Source: Styela clava
Taxonomy: Eukaryota
Length of the DNA stretch: 64,000 nt
NCBI RefSeq assembly: GCF_964204865.1
Contig: NC_135264.1
Span: forward strand, 10,230,001 to 10,294,000
Direction: 5' to 3'
Both the position numbers and the translations under genes were made by a program. Positions 13,274-27,000 of the stretch are shown here, piece after piece. The notes below the pieces were generated by a model, which was not told the DNA's origin, did no database searches, and was given only the letters and a program-made list of their open reading frames with translations. The number at the start of each line of letters is the position of its first letter. The stretch's first letter is position 1.

Positions 13274-14892
13274 TTACTTGTAATTCTTTGCGAGCTGCGT
13301 GCACGTGTATTGATCGACCTAGAATTAAAAACAAATTAATTCATCAAATATGAAACCATCGGAAATCAAATTCAGATCTTTCGTGAATTAGCGAACAAAA
13401 AATACCATTTCAAATAATTTAAAATTTCGGAGCATTTGAATAGAATCATAGAAACAAGGACAAGACTCACTTTCACTACGACGTCCAATTTTGCAAGTTT
13501 AGTCGGATAGTTTTGTACGACAACCCAAAGCTGTGTTTCCTGATATATTTTGTTTGTTGCAGTAATATCCATTGTTGCATTTTCTGTCTTCATATCTAAA
13601 ATCATTAAAAGCAAAATTAGCGTTTCCTTGTTAGTGAATACTATTGTATCTAGCATTAAATGGATTATGTTAAGTTAATCAATTGATTCATCATAACATG
13701 ATATCTTAGTTGACAACTTCCACTGCAGTTGTGGTCCTGTGGAATACACTCGAGCTGTTTCCAACTTTTAAAAATGAATTGCAAATGCGATCGTATCAAA
13801 TGACTCAAAATGGCAAAATTTATATCTCCAAATCACTAGAAACGAATTGATTTCATAGGTTTGGCAAAATAAACTAAGTCATATTTAATACAGTGAAATA
13901 TGGGAAATACTCACGTTCATCTGTACGAATCTACATACTGGTTGAAACAACCTTGATAAACTTCAAGTTCATAGATGTTACATCCATAAATATGATGGCA
14001 CCACATGAATTTTGCGGTGTCAGGTATGGAAGGGCAATAGGACTTGTCGCATTCAAACCATGCACCCTTGTTCTGGCAAGCGTGATTACCAGGCCTGGTA
14101 ATACAAGTAACAGAATAAGTATAAAACTATGACACGGTTATATATAAATTTCTCATATTAGTCTAAATGCGTTTCGTTTCGCTAAATTCTTGATGTTGCT
14201 TTTGGTAAATCGTAATTGAAAATAAGCTCACAGGTATGTAACTTGTCTAATTGAACACTCCTATAATTTCTAGGATGATACTTAATATTGTTTGCAGTTC
14301 AAACTTACTTAGAGCAGTGTCTTGGCATTGACGACTCAGCTTGGGATGCAGCAGCACGAAGTTGTTGAACAGACGGCTTTTTTCTCAGCTCTTCTGGTGT
14401 TTTTATTATTAATTTGGTGGATTATTTATCTATAAATATTTATACCATATCGCAGTTACATTGTTTGAAGGAGACATTGTTGGGGTATGCAACTGGAGCC
14501 GGAATGTCCTGCTTCAATTGACAGAGGTCTCTTGTAAAGGGGCTTTTTTCGGAGTGGGATAGTTACCCATGTCACGCGTAGCATGGAAATTGTATTCAAT
14601 GTTGCCAGGTTTACAATTTGTCTCAACATTTTCGTGTTATTTCCTGATATATATTTATCGTTTTCTTTTCTTACGTTACATGAATATTGAAAAAGAATAT
14701 AATGTATGGGGAATGAAATCTCATCTTGTAGGTTGGAATGAACTATAAAATTAATGATTGATTTAACGAACTATGTTTTCCACTTACCTTGACATCAGAA
14801 AAGTCTTCGAGTGCTTTCTTTGGAAGTTCCAATGCGTAGTTCACGCTGAGGTTTAACACACAAGCCAAAACGAAAACAAAGAGCTTGGCCAT
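13274..14892 (-). pseudogene. Spaetzle/neurotrophin-like cystine-knot gene, paralog B (pseudogene)
   Basis: Exon 1 14892-14788 (MAKLFVFVLACVLNLSVNYALELPKKALEDFSDVK); exon ~14400-14309 (TPEELRKK...RHCSK); exon ~14094-13915 (PGNHACQN...FNQYVDSYR*, with TGA replacing the conserved Cys at 13917-13919); exon ~13585-13471 frameshifted; last exon 13318-13274 (VDQYTCTQ, first Cys of CxC lost). Confidence 0.8.
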
Positions 14893-17800
14893 GTTTTGCC
14901 GTCGTTGTACTACGTCTTTATCTTGGGAGTATGTTGAAGTTGAATGAATGGTTGTAATTTTTTATGACTTTTATAGGAACTTCTTGTCTACGTTGTTTTT
15001 AAAAAAGACCTGATTCCCGTTCCCGCAAGCTGTTCGAGTTACTAGTCATCGGGCGTTCCAACACAATATGTTACTCAACGAAACTCATGAATTACTAATA
15101 AATAACTTATATCGTTGCATCTTCTCTAATATTTGGTATACATATATCAACATTTACAGAATATTATGTATACTAAATAACTAAATGTGTACTATTGCTG
15201 TACCAAAAACAATTCGACTGGAAATGAGTGCTTCCCAAAAAGATCAAAGATTTAGAATCCATGCAAAGTAAAATGCTGTAGATTAAATTACGGTATATTA
15301 CATTTACTAATGACAACTCATATAGGCTTATGTTATAGTTACAAATACGATATTTTCCATAGAATAACCTCAGAAGGACTTTGAATATACGATCTATTTA
15401 TATTATACTCAACACTTAATGATGTCGTAACTGTAACTCGTTATATATAAACAGACCCCAGTGTTAATCTGGAGTCAATATCAACACGCTTTCTGGTTTA
15501 AGATCCGGTGTTGCAATATGGTTAGTTACCAGATAACTGAAATTGAGTATTTTATGTGTAAATGTAGATTTTAGAATATATTCTAGGAATTAGTTAAGAA
15601 AATGTCCAATTGGAATCAGAGTGTCTAATGTGCTTTATTTTCCTTAAATCATTTTGCAATTATCGTTATGTATTATCTCACTTGCATCAACTTGAGGGGA
15701 AATACTCCGTATAAATACGATGAACATGAAAGTATTTCCAGTTGAAAACATTTTTTACATTTAGGTAAAAACACGACAGAACGTATGTATTTTGTTGAAA
15801 CCATGAATAAATTGCGATACAGAATGAATCACCTGGTTTTGTATAATTTCGTTTTCTATAAATTAAACATTTCATTTGTGTTCAACAGTTCATTTGACAT
15901 TATATACAATATAAAATAAAAAAACGAAATTTTGTGTTACCATTATTCGATCTCATTGAGTCATACAACGTTGGAAATTGAAAAATACATTGCGGTCCCT
16001 GATTCTTGAGAAATTTAATAAAATTCAAATCAGCTAACGCATTAGCCTGAAAGCTAAATCGACTGTTATTTTGTTCCAATTTTAATTAAAACCTGTAATG
16101 TAAAAAACGTCGCCAGAAATAATTTTCTACTTTTTCTTGAGTTTTATATGTTCTATTAGCTAATATTCATATTGTCACAGTTTGTTCTGTGAACCGTGGT
16201 TCGTTAAATCACCGGACCAAGGGTTCCGGATTGGTTAGCTATTGTAAAAGCCAACTCGACACAATCACAAAAATTACAGATGAAGCAAAAAACATAGAAA
16301 TATATTTCCACTCGCACTTTTTTGGGGTGATCGGAGTCTTATAATACAGATTAGAATTCGGATGTACATACAATTTTTATGCCCGGCACAAATGATCGGT
16401 GTCCATAACAATATACAAATCATAAATATATTTATACAACATACACACCTATTGTGGTCCGGAACAATACTTGACCCAGAGTGCAGACTAGATTGGACGG
16501 GAGACATTTGACGTAAAATCAGGTCGCAATATTTGCTTCCTTGAGATAAATATTTAACTCAAATTTACTCAACATCAAATATACTCAAAGATTTTTCGAA
16601 AAAAAAAATGGAAAACAGAAAATAATCGATTTTTTAGGGCAAAAATAAAAATTTTAGATTCCTGAACCTAAAAGAATCACTCGTCTGATTTTATTTACTT
16701 TTCTTCTAAAATATTAATATATTCTAAGCAAAAATTGTTCAATATTTGCATGTATATAAAAATAACCTAAAAAAGAGAGTCAAAGCGCCCTATTGAGTCA
16801 GATGACGTTACGAAATATTGTGCAATTCACTGGATAATTCAATAACAAACATAAAGATAGAATTATTCAAATTGTTAATCTCACACCTAAAATTCCCACG
16901 AAATATACTAATAGTAAAAATATCAGGTATTTTATTGATTTTGCATTTATTTATAACCCACAAATAGATCATCAAGAATTGATCAGGGATGATTTCGAAC
17001 AACCTGACAAAAACTACCGTCACTCAAAAAGATTTTCGTCCCCGAGGCAATACACGTAATAATATCAGGAAAGAAAAATAATTGAGCAATAGCATTGCGC
17101 TAAAAGTGGGAATTTATTTAGAAAACCAATCAATCAATTTTATTCGGTCACTCTGATACAAACAAAACACAAACCAACACATGCCAAATGACGAAGTAAA
17201 TGATCAAATGAATCACAATATGGCTGAAAATTCATTTCATGCTTTGTTCACAAATGATGCAAAAGAGCTAACATACCTATTCCTTGGTATAAATCCGTGA
17301 GAAGTTTTTGAATGCAGTTGCTATGTTAGCCTATTTCTGGGCGTTTTCAAGGCTTCGTCTCACGGCCCATATCCGTGGTAAGGATCTACAAGTGTTTAAT
17401 AACTTACTTATACATTTTTCAACAACGTCTTAGCATAACTTAACTAATAATAACTAAACAGGACTATGGAAAGGCTGCCCAACTCAACGCAAGGTTGAGC
17501 AGTAATAATTAATATTCATCCGCTCGCTAACAGCTGATTCGATTCAATTGTTACGTCTTGCAGAAGTCATTGTTCATTGCCGAAATGTAGAGAATATAGG
17601 ACAGATCGTAGCACATATTTCTTGTAGTAAAAGCGTCTTTTCCGTAAAACGTGCAACTTTTGGAAGTGGGAACATGATGTGCGCTACGAGACTCACTTTC
17701 TACGCGTTTTTCAGGGCCTCGGCTCGCGGCCTATTACCTTGACATCAGAAAAGTCTTCGATTGCTTCCTTTGGAAGTTCCAATGCGTAGTTCACGCTGAG

Positions 17801-20252
17801 GTTTAACACACAAGCCAAAACGAAAACAAAGAGCTTGGCCATGTTTTGCCGTCGTTGTACTACGTCTTTATCTTGGGAGTATGTTGAAGTTGAATGAATG
17901 AATGAAAAGTTGTAATTTTTTATGACTTTTATAGGAATTTCTTGTCCTCGTTGTTTTTAAAAAAGTCCTGATTCCCGTTCCTGCAAGCTGTTCGAGTTAC
18001 CAGTCATCGGGCGTTCCAACACAATATGTTACTCAACGAAACTCATGAATTACTAATAAATAACTTATATCGTTGCATCTTCTCTAATTTTTGGTATACA
18101 TATATCAACATTTACAGAATATTATGTATACTAAATAACTAAATGTGTACTATTGCTGTACCAAAAACAATTCGACTGGAAATGAGTGCTTCCCAAAAAG
18201 ATCAAAGATTTAGAATCCATGCAAAGTAAAATGCTGTAGATTGAATTACGGTATATTACATTTACTAATGACAACTCATATAGGCTTATGTTATAGTTAC
18301 AAATACGATATTTTCCATAGAATAACCTCAGAAGAACTTTGAATATACGATCTATTTATATTATACTCAACACTTAATGATGTCGTAACTTAACTCGTTA
18401 TATATAAACAGACCCCAGTGTTAATCTGGAGTCAATATCAACACGCTTTCTGGTTTAAGATCCGGTGTTGCAATATGGTTAGTTACCAAATAACTGAGTT
18501 GAGTATTTTATGTGTAAATGTAGATTTTAGAATATATTCTAGGAATTAGTTAAGAAAATGTCCAATTGAAATCAGAGTGTGCTAATGTGCTTCATTTTTC
18601 TTAAATCATTTTGCAATTATCGTTATGTATTATCTCACTTGCATTAACTTGAGGGGAAATACTCCGTATAAATACGATGAACATGAAAGTATTTCCAGTT
18701 GAAAACATTCTTTACATTTAGTTAAAAACACGACAGAACGTATGTATTTTGTTGAAACCATGAATAAATTGCGATACAGAATGAATCACCTGGTTTTGTA
18801 TAATTTCGTTTTCTATAAATTAAACATTTCATTTTTCAACAGTTCATTTGACATTATATACAATAAAAAATATAAAATAAAAAAACGAAATTTTGTGTTA
18901 CCATTATTTGATCTCATTGAGTCATACAACGTTGGAAATTGAAAAATACATTGCGGTCGCTGATTCTTGAGAAATTTAATAAAATTCAAATCAGCTAACG
19001 CAATGACCTGAAAGCTAAATCGACTGTTATTTTGTTCCAATTTTAATTAAAACCTGTAATGTAAAAAACGTCGCCGGAAATAATTTTCTACTTTTTCTTG
19101 AGTTTTATATGTTCTATTAGCTAATATTCATATTGTCACAGTTTGTTCTGTAAACCGTGGTTCGTTAAATCACCGGACCAAGGGTTCCGGATTGGTTAGC
19201 TATTGTAAAAGCCAACTCGACACAATCACAAAAATTACAGATGAAGCAAAAAACATAGAAATATATTTCCACTCGCACTTTTTTGGGGTGATCAGAGTCT
19301 TATAATAGATTAGAATTCGAATGTACATACAGTTTTTATGCCCGGCACAAATGAACGGTGTCCATAACAATATACAAATCATAAATATATTTATACAACA
19401 TACACACCTACTGTGGTCCGGAACAATACTTGACCCAGAGTGCAGACTAGATTGGACGGGAGACATTTGACGTAAAATCAGGTCGCAATATTTGCTTCCT
19501 TGAGATAAATATTTAACTCAAATTTACTCAATATCAAATATACTCAAAGTTTTTTCGAAAAAAAAAATGGAAAACAGAAAATAATCGATTTTTTAAGGCA
19601 AAAATAAAATTTTAGATTCCTGAACCTAAAAGAATCACTCGTCTGATTTTATTTACTTTTCTTCTAAAATATTAATATATTCTAAGCAAAAATTGTTCAT
19701 TATTTAGATGTATATAAAAATAACCTAAAAAAGAGAGTCAAAGCGCGCTATTGAGTCAGATGACGTTACGAAATAGAAAATGGCGGTATTGTGCAATTCA
19801 CTGGATAATTCAATAACAAACATAAAGATAGAATTATTCAAATTGTTAATCTCACACCTAAAATTCCCACGAAATATACTATTAGTAAAAATATCACGTA
19901 TTTTATTGATTTTGCATTTATTTATAACCCACAAATAGATCATCAAGAATGGATCAGGGATGATTTCGAACAACCTGACAAAAACTACCGTCACTCAAAA
20001 AGATTTTCGTCCCCGAGGCAATACACGTAATAATATCAGGAAAGAAAAATAATTGAGCAATAGCATTGAGCTGAAAGTGGGAATTTATTTAGAAAACCAC
20101 ATGCCAAATGACGAAGTAAATGATCAAATGAATCACAATATGGCTGAAAATTCATTTCATGCTTTGTTCACAAATGATGCAAAAGAGCTAACGTACATAT
20201 TCCTTAGTATACCCGTGAGAAGTTTTTAAATGCAGTTGCTATGTTAGCCTAT
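14785..20252. repeat. Recent tandem duplication (~2.55-kb unit, offset 2950 bp) of paralog B exon 1 plus its upstream region
   Basis: 14785-~17335 and 17735-~20252 are nearly identical (e.g. ORF-track twins 16274/19200 and 16808/19725), separated by a ~400-bp spacer. Confidence 0.93.
17738..17842 (-). other. Orphan duplicate of paralog B signal-peptide exon 1
   Basis: MAKLFVFVLACVLNLSVNYALELPKEAIEDFSDVK followed by a GTAAT donor; homology to intron 1 stops just after the donor. Confidence 0.85.
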
Positions 20253-21018
20253 ATATGTAGCCTATTTACTTTCACACAAATCAGTCGAAATCTTATAAAC
20301 ATTTGCCAAATAATAAATAAAACGGTTGCCACACACACACACACAGATCAGGGTTTTTTAAACGAAGTTTTGACTTCTTTCATTGAAGTCGAAGTCGTAA
20401 GATTAGAATTATTGAAATATTAGACCTTCAATGGTGATGAAATAAATGATTTTTTTTAATCCAATGGGTTTACTGTGAGTTCTTAACAATTTAATAAAAA
20501 GCTTTGCATACCCTAAACTTCTTACTATCAAGATTTAATTTTCTCGAGGTTTGGAGGGTGGTCAAAATTTATTACAACTCGTAGCAGGGTTCGAAATTTT
20601 TTTCAAGTTGGGATATGGAGTCTTGAGCCCCGATGTATAGCCTGCGATGGCCTCACTATATTTTCCCCCAAAAAAATTATTTATTAAACCGATTTTGGAA
20701 AATGAAAAGCTGAAATTTTTTACACCTCTTACAAGCAACGTTTTCTCATTTTGTGATGATAGGCAGACATAGTGATCGCAAGCGATTACGCTAAAATGTA
20801 AAAGTACTCATATCGAAACTACGGCACGGCAACCGTAATTTAAAATAACCGCAATAATTTTTCATGTTCAAAAAGAAAAAAGAGCAAAAATAAAAAAGAT
20901 CAACGGTCAAATTTAGTATAAAATGGGCTTCTGAATTGCAATTATTCACAATTTCATTCAACAACTCCAGAAGAAGAGAGAAAACAAAACGTCTTCAACG
21001 ATATAAAAATCGAAAAAC

Positions 21019-22358
21019 ATGGCAAAATTATTCTTTCTCGTTATTTTTTGTGTGTTGAACTTGAACATGATCTACAGCGTAGACCTGCCAGCAAAAGCTC
21101 TAGAAGACTTGTCAAAAGAACTAAAGGTATGCTGACTTCAGTAATGTACTATATCAAAAATTTATACCACACCAAAATCTGTTCAACTAAAAAAGTCCTC
21201 TGAATTTATTTATATAAACACATTTAGACTCCAGAAGAGTTGACTAGAACACGTGGGCAACAATTCCGTGTAGCAGCATCAAAAATGGAAAAAGAATCAA
21301 AATCATCGCTTTGCACAGCGTAAGTATATATTGTACAAATCGGGTACCTCGGTAGGAATAGTCACGCATAGTTTATAGTAATATTGTCCGGCACTATATT
21401 GTTATATCAAAACATCATTTGAAAAATTCCACGTAAACATTTGAATAAAAAATAGTTCCACCTTTTTAATGTTTTTAATATTTTTTTGTTGTGACAATGA
21501 ATGATGATAAAAGATAGAATTTAATTCTGCAGGCCTGGAATTCATGATTGTAAAAATATGGGCTCATCCATAAAATGTGACAAAGCGTCTTGTCCAGTAA
21601 TTCCGAAAACAGGAGAATATACTTGGTGCCACCCATGGTTTGGATGTTCGAACTACACAATCGAGGTTTATCAGGGCCTATTCAAACAATACGTACCATC
21701 GAACAAGTGCAAGTAAGACTATAAATCATAATTCGTTTTGAAAAAGGTTTTTTTATGTACATTCATATAAGTTTTTTAATCACATGGTAGAGTAACACGC
21801 TTTATAAATCATTTCAGATATGAAAACGAATTATGCCAAGGAGGATTCTTTTGTAGCAAGATTTGTAGTACCAAAACAAAACAGGAACTAGCAAAACTCT
21901 GGATGGTTGTTTTAGAGAAACCAATAAAACTTGCACAGTTGGATGTCGAAGTTAAGGTAAGTACTTGGACGTGTACTGTCTAATAACTAAGTATCGTTTT
22001 GAAAGGTCTCATATCCAACAAACCTATTTACACCTAATACGTGCCAATCAAAATTTCATAAGAATTTTCACTTTATAGATTCAATTTCAATACCAGGTTC
22101 GCCCGGTTCAGTTTAGACCTTAACCTTTATTTACATTTATTTAATTTTTTTTTATTTTCTAGAGAAAATTCTATGAGCTCCATATTTATTATCCGACTTT
22201 CTAGATTACTATGCATGTATTTAAATTTGACACAATTAGAAGCATTTACCTTGCAAATAAGACATATATATTATTGATTCTAATTTTTTTTTATTCAATT
22301 TCAGGTCAAGGAATGCGAATGTGTTGGTCTCGAATGGAACCCACTAATGGATGTATAA
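21019..22358 (+). CDS. Secreted cystine-knot protein, Spaetzle/neurotrophin-like (paralog C, intact, 190 aa)
   Basis: GT-AG exons 21019-21126, 21228-21319, 21533-21712, 21818-21956 and 22305-22358 (573 nt, phases 0/2/2/0). Protein: MAKLFFLVIFCVLNLNMIYSVDLPAKALEDLSKELKTPEELTRTRGQQFRVAASKMEKESKSSLCTAPGIHDCKNMGSSIKCDKASCPVIPKTGEYTWCHPWFGCSNYTIEVYQGLFKQYVPSNKCKYENELCQGGFFCSKICSTKTKQELAKLWMVVLEKPIKLAQLDVEVKVKECECVGLEWNPLMDV. Hydrophobic signal peptide, 12 Cys after the signal, terminal CxC. The gene model is solid; the family call rests on motif resemblance. Confidence 0.8.
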
Positions 22359-22859
22359 CCTGATGATGGCAAAATTTCGGAAAAATATCATTTCATTTAT
22401 TTTATTTGTGAGCTCATTAAAACTTAACCAGCATTAACACTTGTGAATTTGTTGTTATGTGTTTTAAAGGGGAACATTTACAAGCAGATTTTGGACGTTG
22501 TTACTTTCAACAAACTTTGATGATGTAGAGCTTTTCCCCAGCTTTGAATTTAAAAGATTATCTTGAACCTTTGGTTTTGTGCACAGAAGTTATCCCAATT
22601 CAGCAAGACGGTTCAAATTCAGGGTAAAAAGATATTTGGTTATTGTCAAACAATAGTACCCGGTTTAGATATTGCAGTTGTAAATAAAGGAGGGTCACAG
22701 GTCACAGCACTGGCATGTATATAATATTATTATTAAAAATGAACGGTTTACAAAGCTAAAACCGATATACAGTATATCCATATATCAAAAGATGCAAGAG
22801 GAATTCTGAGTGGCTATATATATTAGAAAAAACGTATTCATTGTTGTGTAGCAGTCCAT

Positions 22860-23400
22860 AAACCCCGATTTAACTCATCCGATTTTCGAGTCGAGTCAGT
22901 GTTCATACAGTCGAGTCACACTGTCGGTTAGTCCGAATCATTTGATATGAAAGACTCGAGTCATTTAAAATCTTCGATAAATGATCACACTCGAGTCCAA
23001 GCCAGGTCGATTCAATGACTTGAGCCTCCGCAACACTGACTACGTTGTTTTTATGGGACAAGAGGATGTTTAAGTTATTGCAATTTGGATTTAACGTTGA
23101 GAGGGCCAGCAGGCCGAAAGCATATTAGTTGGATACCTATTTATATGGATTGGCTTTATTCGTATATAAGTACATTGGTAGACCGTGTTGGGGAAACACG
23201 AGTCTGTGACTTGACCCGAGTCACTTTATTTGAAAACTCGTAGTGACTGGACTCCAAATCGGACTCCACTCACCGCGAGGAATCAAGTCGGCGGTGATTA
23301 TACCTCAGACTCCAAATTTGAAATAGCTTTGGGACTCGTTTGTCTCGTGACTCGATTTGTGTCGATGCCGATGAAATGCTGAAAACCTCATTCAGTTTCA
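22860..23400. mobile_element. GACTCGAGTC-rich degenerate MITE-like element (related copies ~36190-36545 and ~47050-47390)
   Basis: Dense gactc/gagtc motifs recur at the same position downstream of collectin copies L1, L3 and L5. Confidence 0.45.
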
Positions 23401-24036
23401 TCTCAGTCAGAAATGTAGAGAATATTCTGTTGATAACATGCTTATCGATCAAAATCGAATCAAAATCTTCACTCCCCAGTACTACATGGCTGACGCATTT
23501 AAGTGATGTAAACGAGACTTGATAATAAAGCAAACACGATAAACATAAAAAAAAACGATTTAACTACCTGCTTGTTACTGTTGTTTGTGAATTTCAAAAT
23601 TGCTGAACGGAAAAGACAAAATTCGTTGTTTTTTTCATTTTTAATACCGGATATTACAATACTAGATGCGTGCTAATGAATAATGTTAAAGATTGTAATA
23701 TTGTATCGTAAAGGGCGCGTTATTTTTTTTTTTAACTTTCTGTACAAATTTTTGAACATTGTTCTCTTGGCGACAAAAAATCATAAAATTGCCAAGAAAT
23801 TTAAAATGCACTTAAACACAGAATTTAAAATTTAAAAAAAATTAGGTTTATGTATTAGGGTGGCGACGATTATTACGATTGTCCTAGTAACTTATCACAA
23901 TAATGCCATGCATTATTGTGATAAGTTACTTTTCAAATTATTTGTCGCCCGATCCTTGATTGGTGGTGATGTTTACTGTTTGTAATTAGAATAAATTTTT
24001 TTGTTATCCTTTATCAGAAAACTTCGAGTTTTATGT

Positions 24037-27000
24037 TTACTTTCACAAATGACTCCATTCCTTGGACCGCTTCAGGCCAGTTGTGCATTCCTTGTAAATT
24101 TTTTGGATCGCGGTCAGAGTGTATGCTAATTAGTGTTCAGACGGGTGCCCAGGAAACCATTTCATATCTCCAATATTCCATCTTGCTTTCATCCCGTTAT
24201 TTATGGTAATGATTTTGTTCTGAATAAAAGCAGTGCTGAATAGGGCTAGGAGACATTTTAAGATTGCATTCGTTACGACCTAATTTTTTAATCGAACTCA
24301 AGGGTTTTTTCCCCCACGTTTAAAACAGCGGAATATGATTCCCTTATCTACTGTATGATTTTGTATGTAAAGAGGTAAATTACAAATTGGTTTCTCGGTT
24401 TTGGCAGTCTGTCAGTTCCGACTCTCTATCGAATATCTTCGTTTTCGTCTGGCTCTGAGCACTTCATGATTTCGCAAAAATGACTCTAATCGAGTAAATA
24501 TTTGCTAATCCTTACTTTACACCTATAAGTCAGAAATTATTTTACAACATAGAATTTGATTAACAATCATTACTGTTTTGACGATAATGCAATCAACGTA
24601 AAAATGGTCATTCCAGTGAAAAACGTTTTATGCTGGGCGATCGAATCCACGTACGCATCTATCGCATCAAAATGATTTCTTCCATAGATATCTGCCGGCT
24701 CTCCTCCTTCTTATGCACAAAGTTCGTTAATTTGAGAATACGTGGCAGACCCCAAATTAGGATAAGCAATCCAGAAACATTTGCCACCATAGAACACCTT
24801 GCACAAATTTGTAAAACAAATGACAGATTTGTATATACGTTACTAGTGCTCTTTCTCTCAATGTTGAATGACACCCGTGCCGTCTGGAAATTTTATTGGA
24901 TCTCCGCTTTATAGGAGACCCTTATTATCAGTCGTTCTGTCTGTCTGTCTGTCTGTCTGTTTAGATGTAGCGTCTTAATGGCTGGACCAATCTGGATGAA
25001 ATTTTTCACATGGGTTATCCTGTCACCCTAGTAATGTGCGTTTTATAGAAAGTCCAGATAAATGTTTCGTTTCCATGGTAACAACGAAAAACGCTCCGAT
25101 CGTTATGAAATTTCTATTTTTTTCACAGTTTATCGCCGTTTTCTCGCCAACCAAGTCGAAAATTAAAATTCTAAGAGCGCTTCCTTCCGCATGGCAAAGT
25201 ACTCTTTCCAATAAGTCGTCTTTGGTCTCGATACTTCATAAACTGGAGAAGCCTTAGGGATTTCAGTGAACATAATTTCAGTCACGTGAGTTATGTCAAC
25301 GGAACGCGCAGCGTTTAAAATGAACTCAACGGAACTGGTGAGCCGGTGCAGGTGTTCTTGATATACGGAATTATTATTTGCTTGAGATTTGATGTACTTC
25401 TCGCTGTTAGTGGGTGGTTCACCTAAACGCTGGCTACAGTTTCTTTAACTATTTAAGTCTATAAATTAGGGTTGCTATATCCGAATCAAACTGGTAAGCA
25501 GACATCGTTGTATAAATATGATAAATAAATAATCCTATTAAACCGTAAAGTACCGGGAAAATGTTGAGTCTTGCATGTATATATATTCCTTAAGCTTAAG
25601 TTGTAATCATAATGCCTAGGGGATTTCAGTGAACATCATTTTCTCATTCAGTCACAGTATATCAGTCACGTGAGTATGTCAACGGAACGCGCAGCGTTCG
25701 AAATGAACTCAACGGAACTGGTGAGCCGGTGCAGGTGTTCTTGATATACGGAATTATTATTTGCTTGAGATTTGATGTACTTCTCGCTGTTAGTGGGTGG
25801 TTCACCTAAACGCTGGCTACAGTTTTTTTTAACTATTCAAGTCTATAAATTGGGATTGCTATATCCGAATCAAACTGGTAAGCAGATATCGTTGTATAAA
25901 TATGATAAATAAATAATCCTATTAAACCGTGAAGTACCGGGAAAAATGTTGAGTCTTGCATGTATATATGTTCCTTCAGCTTAAGTTGTAATCATAATGC
26001 CTAGGCGAAAGAAAACTATTAAGCGATTATTGGAAGCACAAACAAGCCAAAATTTGGACGAATGTTGCAGCAGCAGTCAGATTGAAGATGACCCGCATAG
26101 CGTACAGTCTACTAGCCATTCCATTGTACCGAAAACCATTCTTGTGAGGAAGTATTCAAAGGTACGACGGGGAGGTGTTTCGCAGCGACTAGCCAGACCG
26201 CAACAAATAATCGTCAGCTAGTGCAAAACCTACTCGCCTCTCGCCTATTTCTTGCGAGGAAATTTTCATGAATTCACTTCCAAGCGCACAAATTAAAGAG
26301 ATTTAAATCTGAACGAAGTTAGGCCGACCACTAAAGTGCTACAGAGACTAAAATGAATTGGATCCTCGCGATATACTGTATGCCGCGGGCCTGGGTGTCA
26401 GCGGAGATCCTGGACGCCTACCGGCTTGTACTTCTGTTTGTTACTAAAAACATAACATTTTATGATTCGGTGATTCCCACCTTGTCGATGTTTCACATTG
26501 CTAACTTCCTCTTGTAATTCCGTAACTGTTGAGCCATATTCTGTCATTGATTCCAGCACTTCACTATAACATTACTATAAATGGAGAGCAATGGCGCCAA
26601 AACGTCTTACACATGGAAACTTAACCAGGGACGCACACACCCCTAACAAATGCAGGAACTGTCTAAAGGATGGACGATGGATATGCTATTGTAAAAAAAA
26701 TTTTAAAAACTACATGGCGATCTACAACATAGCACAGGAACAACTGCAGGAATCGCCGTTCCTTCTAATTTAGATGAGGCACCGTGAATCACTAATGCAT
26801 CGATGCAATTTATTTATAATCAGCCAAATAGATATTTTTTTTGAAGCGTGGTTGTGTTCAGGCTTGTTGGCAATGTCAAGGCAACATTTTGGTGCTGACG
26901 AAATAGCTTGTTTCTGTAATCAATGAATCAGTCTGTTTTAATATTTTAGTTTAAAAATGAAAGTAGTCGACAGAAGAGTACAACTTTTATTAGCATTTCA

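Noticed and set aside
13917-13919. In-frame TGA exactly at a conserved Cys of paralog B, suggesting selenocysteine
   Set aside because: The same copy has a frameshift in the next exon, has lost a CxC cysteine, and shows no evident SECIS; a simple TGC/TGT>TGA nonsense change is more parsimonious.
14085-14102. Perfect 18-bp palindrome attaccaggcctggtaat spanning the exon-3 acceptor of paralog B
   Set aside because: Only the central caggcctg is shared with paralogs A and C; likely chance extension in a pseudogene.
15687-19994. Paired ORFs 16274/19200 and 16808/19725 that look like a conserved small gene family
   Set aside because: By-products of the recent 2.95-kb-offset duplication; they differ by frameshifts and lack splice or protein-family signals.
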